This document shows positions 58,395-64,000 of a stretch of 64,000 nt of DNA, piece by piece. The notes under the pieces are model-generated. The model had not been told where the DNA came from. It was given only the letters and a program-made list of their open reading frames with translations, and ran no database searches. The stretch comes from Candidatus Latescibacterota bacterium. Its GTDB lineage: Bacteria; Latescibacterota; UBA2968; UBA8231. Each line of letters opens with the position of its first letter. Position 1 is the stretch's first letter. Location of the stretch: positions 2,144,001 through 2,208,000 of the forward strand of contig CBDETY010000003.1 in assembly GCA_965243025.1 (NCBI GenBank), given 5' to 3'. Made by a program: the position numbers and the translations under genes.

Positions 58395-61300
58395 TTACCC
58401 TGGCTTGGGGCGCCGCAGTCCGTACTTGGACATGCGGTACCGCAGCTTCTCCGGATGCATGCCCAACAGGCGAGCGGCCCCCCGGTCTCCATAGACGATC
58501 CAGTTGGTGGCCTTGAGCGCCTCGAGAATCTGCTGCTTTTCGTCCATCCCTTCAGGAGCTTCCGGTTCAGCGGGCGAGGCAAAAGCCGGCCCCTCAGCCG
58601 AAAGCGGCAGATCCGACACCTGGATGACATTGCCTTCGCACAGCACGACCCCCCTCCGGATCAGGTGCTCGAGCTCGCGCACATTCCCCGGCCAGGTATG
58701 TCTCTGCAAGTGCTCCACGACATCTTCGCCGAGGTTCGGAACGGGGCGCTTGAGTTCGTCTGCGGACCTGGCCGCGAAGTGCGCCGCCAGAACCGGGATG
58801 TCCTCCCGGCGCTCCCGCAGCGGGGGCAGCACTACCGGGAACTCGCTCAAGCGGTAGTACAGGTCCTGCCGGAAGGCCCCTTCCCTGACCGCCTCTACCA
58901 GATCGCAGTTGGTCGCTGCAATCACCCGCACATCCACCTGGACGAGATCGCTGCCACCGACGCGCCTGATCCGGCCATCCTCCAGGATGTGGAGCAATGC
59001 TCCCTGCGCCTGCAAGGGCAGATCGCTGACTGCATCGAGAACCAGGGTGCCGCCATGCGCTCGTTCGAAGCAGCCGATCTGCCCCGCCCCCGCGCCTGAC
59101 AACATCCCCTTCTCACGGCCGAACAGTTCGCTTTCCACCAACCCCGGGGGCAGGGCCCCGCAGTTGATCTGGACGAAGGGATGCTCCCTGCGCGGGCTCA
59201 GGTTGTGGATTTTCCGGGCGAGCAGGCTCTTGCCCGTCCCCGTCTCGCCTGCCAACAGCAGAGTCATATCGGTATTGACCACCTGCCCGAGCCCCGACAG
59301 AAACCCGGATAGGGTCGGGCTCTGGAAGGCCTCGGTCCGAAACGATGCCGGCGGCTCATTCTCCAGGTCTTCCAGGCCGCCACCCTGGGTTGGGACCACC
59401 TGCACTTCCAGGGCAGCCACCTCCGACACCAGGTCATCCATGTCCCGGGCTCGCACCTCAAAGCGATATTCGCCGGCAGGCAAGCCCTGGTAGGCCACCT
59501 TCTTCTCAGGCTCGAACTCGCTCCATTCCTCCCCTTGACCGTGACCGACAAGCCGGTGGCTGTAACCCATCTGTCCGGGTCCCCCGGCCCGGAAACGGAT
59601 GCCCTGGAAGTGAATCGCTATCTCCGGAAGGTCCTCCGGGAAGACCACGGGTCGGGTTGTCTCCAGGAGACGCCCCTTCACAATCCGGCGGATCACGATG
59701 GCCGGAGGAGTATGGGGCGGACCGTACATCTTGAGGCCTTCCAAGGTCCCGAACCATAATCGGCCCCGCCTATCGCACAGAATGGTGTTGACTGTATTCT
59801 CCTGCGCCGAAACCCCCAACCCGAACCCCTGAAAAATGCGGCCATCGTATTTCAGGGCGCCGCCGCCGCCCAGCCCGATCCACAGGTGCTCCCTGCCGTC
59901 TACCGCCAGGGAGCTGATGACGTTCGTCCGGAATCCGTCGTTCTCCTTCGTAAACTGTCGGACTTTCCCCGACTCGTACTCCACGGCAAAGAGCCCGGTA
60001 TTCGTCCCCACCCAGAGCGTACGCTGGTGCTCGCACAAAGCCCTCACTTTGAAAACCGATTTCAGCCCAGGAAAATCGGCCGCCCTCAGACCGTGACATC
60101 CATCCATATGGTACAACCCCGGGTTTTCCGAATGTGCCCCAATCCAGAAGCCTCCGTCGCTATTCACCCCCACGGAATGGAACGGAATCCGCCTGGGCAA
60201 CCCCTGGTCTGGCTCGACTATGCGATCACCCTCGATCCATCCCCCCTTCCCACCACGTGTGAAAACCCAGAAACGCCCTTCCTTGTCCCCACACAGTCCT
60301 ATAGCGAAGTCGTACTCGTCCTGTGAACACAAGGGAATTACTTGAGATCTTTCCCCAAGCCCCTTGGACACCTGGTTTCCTTCTCCAATCCAAAGCATTT
60401 CCCCCCGGTCTATCCCCAACGCGGAGACCCCTCGACTCATTCCGGTCCGATGGATTCGCCCGTCTTCCAGGAAAGCCAATCCCCCTTCTGTGCCTATCCA
60501 CAGCCGCCCTGCGCCGTCTTCTTCCAGACAGGTGACATTCCGATGGGGCAACCCATCGGCTTCCGTATAAGCCTTTAAACTCAACGGGTCGAAAAGAACC
60601 AGGCTGCTGTTATATATCCCCACCCAGATATTCCCTTCCCGATCCTCATATGTCACGCGGACTTGCCTGAATTCCACATCCGGGAAATGCTCCGAAAACG
60701 AATGCCAGTCCCGACCATCGAACACCAGCATATCACGGCGATTCGCTATCCATACCCACCCTCTACGGTCCACACGCACATGCCTCGCCCCGCAAAACGA
60801 ATTATGACCTCCCCCGACACCGGTAATCGCATCGATCCGCTCCAGCCGTTTTCGTTTCGGGCAATAGCGGACGATTGCCCCTCCGGTTCTACGGTGAAGA
60901 GCAATCCACAGATGTCCGGATTGGTCCTGGGCGAACTTCCAGGCCCAACGAACCGCCCCGACCCCATCATTTACCTCCAACTCCTGACCATCCAGGCTGA
61001 TAACGCCACGGTCCTGCGTTGCCAGCCATGTCGTCCCCGCGACATCGGTGGCGATGTCGTACACCCGCCCGATCGGCCGGCCTTGGATGTCCGTGGTAAC
61101 TCCTGAGCACCGCCCGTCGACGAACGAGCCGAAACCCGCACTGGTCAGAACCCGCAGGGAACCATCAACCTGGGGTTGCAAGCCCAGGATTTCATCGGAC
61201 GGCAGCCCGTGCTCAGTGGTGTAAACCTGAAACTGCCCCTCTTCGAAGCCAGCCAGCCCTCCCCCGAGCGTGCCGAACCACAGCCGCCCGTCCTCATCCT

Positions 61301-61547
61301 CGGCAATAGCCATAACCGTCGGATGCGGAAGTCCGTCCGCCATGTTGAAGGTGTCGAACCGGGTGCCGTCGAAGCGGCTGATTCCACCGTCAGCGGTTGC
61401 TATCCAGAGCAGGCCTCGCCGATCCTGGTAAAGGTCTTCCACCTGCATCCCCGCCAATCCATCGGAAAGGGTGTAACGGTGAGCTGAAATGCCGCCAAGG
61501 GATCTTGTCCCACCTGGACTCCCTCCGGATTCCCCACGGTGATTCAT
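58395..61547 (-). CDS. Beta-propeller (Reg_prop) + Y_Y_Y + sigma54-type AAA+ + HTH regulator with degenerate motifs
   Basis: Repeated DGLP...V....D..G.LW.GT.GG units, LPAGEYRFEVRA, GETGTGKS and WPGNVREL. GAFTGA is replaced by GMLSGA and Walker B reads LDAV. GGGAGA RBS precedes ATG 61547. Confidence 0.85.
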   Translation of the reverse strand: MNHRGESGGSPGGTRSLGGISAHRYTLSDGLAGMQVEDLYQDRRGLLWIATADGGISRFDGTRFDTFNMADGLPHPTVMAIAEDEDGRLWFGTLGGGLAGFEEGQFQVYTTEHGLPSDEILGLQPQVDGSLRVLTSAGFGSFVDGRCSGVTTDIQGRPIGRVYDIATDVAGTTWLATQDRGVISLDGQELEVNDGVGAVRWAWKFAQDQSGHLWIALHRRTGGAIVRYCPKRKRLERIDAITGVGGGHNSFCGARHVRVDRRGWVWIANRRDMLVFDGRDWHSFSEHFPDVEFRQVRVTYEDREGNIWVGIYNSSLVLFDPLSLKAYTEADGLPHRNVTCLEEDGAGRLWIGTEGGLAFLEDGRIHRTGMSRGVSALGIDRGEMLWIGEGNQVSKGLGERSQVIPLCSQDEYDFAIGLCGDKEGRFWVFTRGGKGGWIEGDRIVEPDQGLPRRIPFHSVGVNSDGGFWIGAHSENPGLYHMDGCHGLRAADFPGLKSVFKVRALCEHQRTLWVGTNTGLFAVEYESGKVRQFTKENDGFRTNVISSLAVDGREHLWIGLGGGGALKYDGRIFQGFGLGVSAQENTVNTILCDRRGRLWFGTLEGLKMYGPPHTPPAIVIRRIVKGRLLETTRPVVFPEDLPEIAIHFQGIRFRAGGPGQMGYSHRLVGHGQGEEWSEFEPEKKVAYQGLPAGEYRFEVRARDMDDLVSEVAALEVQVVPTQGGGLEDLENEPPASFRTEAFQSPTLSGFLSGLGQVVNTDMTLLLAGETGTGKSLLARKIHNLSPRREHPFVQINCGALPPGLVESELFGREKGMLSGAGAGQIGCFERAHGGTLVLDAVSDLPLQAQGALLHILEDGRIRRVGGSDLVQVDVRVIAATNCDLVEAVREGAFRQDLYYRLSEFPVVLPPLRERREDIPVLAAHFAARSADELKRPVPNLGEDVVEHLQRHTWPGNVRELEHLIRRGVVLCEGNVIQVSDLPLSAEGPAFASPAEPEAPEGMDEKQQILEALKATNWIVYGDRGAARLLGMHPEKLRYRMSKYGLRRPKPG

Positions 61548-61906
61548 TCCAATTTCTCCCAATTCGGGCTTGGCTGACCGGGCAACCGATGAGCCGTACG
61601 AAAAATCGTGCAACAGAAAAAACCCATGATGAATTTAAGAATGCTTGTTACCAAGCGATATGTAAAATTCCCCATGGGCAATTCACAGAATCAATAAATC
61701 AAAACCCAGTCAATTTCCACGATTTTCCGTGTAAATTCCCACGATTAACCGTGTCCGGTAGTTTAACTTTCACTTTTGTAATTCATAAGCAAATAAAATT
61801 TGGTGATTTCCTTGGCCAAATCCATTTTGTTTTCTTCCTTACAAGACCATAAGACCTGAGTTCGCATACTATTCCTAAGGAGCTTCTTTTCAACAACGGT
61901 AGCAAA

Positions 61907-64000
61907 ATGAAAACTCTGGTTTACGCCGCCATTTGTTCCGGCTTTCCCATCTTGGTTCTCTCCCCGCCGCCGGCCGCCCATGCCTCTTTCTCGCCGGCCG
62001 ACAGCGTGCACCCCTGCGCCTTCGACGACCACCAGCAGTGGCGGCGCGATCACCCCCGCCCCGCGGCCAAGCCGCTGGCCGATCTCGGCGGCGAACCGCG
62101 CACGGTGCGGATGATCTACTTCCTGCCCAACGACCGCCCCTTTCGCCAGGAAGTGGCCGATTCGATGAAGGATTCGATCCGGCAGGTTCAGCAGTTCTAT
62201 GCCGAACAGATGCAGGCACACGGCTACGGGGACAGGACCTTCCGGATCGAAACCGACGCCCGGGGCGAGCCGGTCGTGCATCGCGTGGATGGGCAACACC
62301 CGGACAGGCACTATCTCGAGTTCACGAATGGCAAGGTGCTCGATGAGATTGTACCGGCCTTCGATCTCCATGCCAACATCTACTTCATCGTCATCGACAA
62401 CTTCCCCGGTCACATCGATGTCTCCGGTTCTCCTGCGACAGGCGTCGGAGTCGAGTGGGGGAAGAACGGTGGATTCTTGTTGGTCTCCGAGGAGTTTGAT
62501 CGGGCCCTGGTGGCGCATGAGCTTGGACATGCCTTCGGACTGTACCACGACTTCCGCGATGATGCATACACCATGTCCTACGGCCCGGGACAGAATCAGT
62601 TGTCCGAGTGCGCTGCCGGGTTCCTGGCCGTGGATACCTACTTCAATCCCGACAGCCCGGTCGAAGAGGGGACATCCCCAACCATCCGGCTCCTCTCTCC
62701 GCGCACATATCCGGCTGGAACCACAAGTGTTCCGGTCCAGCTCGAAGTCGCCGACCCGGACGGGATTCACCAGGTGATCCTGCTTGTCGGGTTTGGAGGC
62801 GAGGTGAAGGCGTGTCGGGGATTGGCTGGCAAGGAAGCGGGCGTGGTCGAGTTCGAGTACGACGGCGTCATCCCCTCCGAAGTCTCCTCGAGTCTGTACG
62901 ACCCTGTTGTCCATACAATGAGAGTTGTCGCAGTTGATACGGATGGGAACGTCAAAACGCGGCAATTCGGTCTTTCCGAGCACTCTCCACAACAGACCGC
63001 CACCCTTGAGCATGAGTTTCCGGTCACTTCACTGGCCTTTTCGCCGGATGGGACTCTCGCCTCCGGGTCGCTTGAGACAGTCGAACTGTGGGATGTGGCG
63101 ACAAGAGAACGCATCGCAACCTTCGAGCATCCGCATTGGGTTTCCTCGGTGGCCTTTTCGCCGGATGGGCACACCCTCGCCTCGTCCTTGCAGGAGTTCA
63201 ACACGGTGAAGCTGCGGGATGCGGCGACGAACAAGGTCACAACCCTCGAAGGGCATACGGATCTGGTCCCGTCTGTGACGTTTTCCCCCGACGGGACTCT
63301 CCTCGCCTCGGGATCGTGGGATGGTACGGTGAAGCTGTGGGACCTGGCTGAACTGAGAGAGACCGCTGACCTCGAAGGGCATACAGACTTCGTTTTCTCG
63401 GTGGCGTTTTCCCCCGATGGGACTCTCCTCGCCTCGGGATCGAAAGATGGCACGGTGAAGCTGTGGGACGTGGCCACAAGGGAGAACACGGCCACCCTGG
63501 AAGGGCATGAGTGGGGGGCCAAGTCGGTGGTGTTCTCGCCGGATGGGAGCCTCCTCGCTTCCGGGACAGGAAAGGGTCCGATCAAGCTGTGGGACGTGGC
63601 CACAAGAGAGGTCACCGTCACCCTGGAAGGGCATGGGGGTGATGTCGATGCGGTGGTGTTTTCGCCGGATGGGACAATTCTCGCCTCCGGATCGAGTGAT
63701 TTCAGCGTCAAGCTGTGGGACGTAGGGGCAGGGTCGGATATCGCCACGTTCAAGGGACATTCGCATTGGGTCGATGGGGTGGCCTTTTCGCCCGATGGGA
63801 CACTCCTCGCTTCCGGGTCGCAGGATAGAACGGTCAAATTGTGGGACCTTGCCGAGTGGCCGACGGCGCCACGGGATGGTCCGCTCGGCGGGAGGAGGCC
63901 CCGTCCCTCCGCGCTGGCGATCATCTCCGGCGACGGCCAGCAGGGCCAGCCCGGGGCCGCGTTGACCCAGCCCCTGGTCGTGGAAGTCCAGGATCAGTAC
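61907..64000 (+). CDS. Secreted metzincin metalloprotease + WD40 propeller + Ig-like protein (partial, runs off the window; absent from the ORF track)
   Basis: Read by eye from ATG 61907: MKTLVYAAIC signal, HELGHAFGLYHD with Met-turn YTMSYG, about 7 WD40 repeats (GH...V.SVAFSPDGTLLASGS.D.TVKLWD), then ISGDGQQGQPGAALTQPLVVEVQDQY. Confidence 0.85.
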   Translation, partial: MKTLVYAAICSGFPILVLSPPPAAHASFSPADSVHPCAFDDHQQWRRDHPRPAAKPLADLGGEPRTVRMIYFLPNDRPFRQEVADSMKDSIRQVQQFYAEQMQAHGYGDRTFRIETDARGEPVVHRVDGQHPDRHYLEFTNGKVLDEIVPAFDLHANIYFIVIDNFPGHIDVSGSPATGVGVEWGKNGGFLLVSEEFDRALVAHELGHAFGLYHDFRDDAYTMSYGPGQNQLSECAAGFLAVDTYFNPDSPVEEGTSPTIRLLSPRTYPAGTTSVPVQLEVADPDGIHQVILLVGFGGEVKACRGLAGKEAGVVEFEYDGVIPSEVSSSLYDPVVHTMRVVAVDTDGNVKTRQFGLSEHSPQQTATLEHEFPVTSLAFSPDGTLASGSLETVELWDVATRERIATFEHPHWVSSVAFSPDGHTLASSLQEFNTVKLRDAATNKVTTLEGHTDLVPSVTFSPDGTLLASGSWDGTVKLWDLAELRETADLEGHTDFVFSVAFSPDGTLLASGSKDGTVKLWDVATRENTATLEGHEWGAKSVVFSPDGSLLASGTGKGPIKLWDVATREVTVTLEGHGGDVDAVVFSPDGTILASGSSDFSVKLWDVGAGSDIATFKGHSHWVDGVAFSPDGTLLASGSQDRTVKLWDLAEWPTAPRDGPLGGRRPRPSALAIISGDGQQGQPGAALTQPLVVEVQDQY

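Noticed and set aside
61548-61906. Sigma54 (-24/-12) promoter in the AT-rich divergent spacer
   Set aside because: No convincing GG-N10-GC match found by eye; the best candidate, TTGGCCAAATCCATTTTGT, lacks the GC
62990-63850. Periodic ~126-nt DNA repeats
   Set aside because: Explained by WD40 coding repeats

Overview
GC-rich bacterial window, most likely from a marine-sponge symbiont of the FCB grouping such as Latescibacterota or Gemmatimonadota. This is inferred from the Sup-type PKS, the PorV-like and FlgD/T9SS-like C-terminal domains, and a WD40/metzincin/Ig protein. Left part: surface-polysaccharide genes (wecB, deacetylase, GT4), a TonB receptor + CTD-bearing secreted protein + PorV-like trio, an Oar-type TonB receptor, an AI-2E transporter and a sugar dehydrogenase/lactonase pair. 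Central block (18.9-51.9 kb): RsbW + STAS, Amt, ATP-grasp/alpha-E/transglutaminase, a secreted triple-Cache protein, an SBP, the supA-D PKS cluster, and a REC-PP2C / SBP / TorS-like kinase / Tsx-like channel unit. Right part: C45 hydrolase, cupin, PL17-like lyase, GT4, SelA-like enzyme, a degenerate beta-propeller bEBP and a partial metzincin-WD40 protein. The best novelty candidate is a pair of NCS2-fold permeases, each fused to an apparently inactive RsbW-like GHKL domain, lying on either side of the PKS within a complete partner-switching circuit. One of the two is bracketed by 168-bp MITE-like direct repeats. All calls come from motif reading by eye; no database searches were run.
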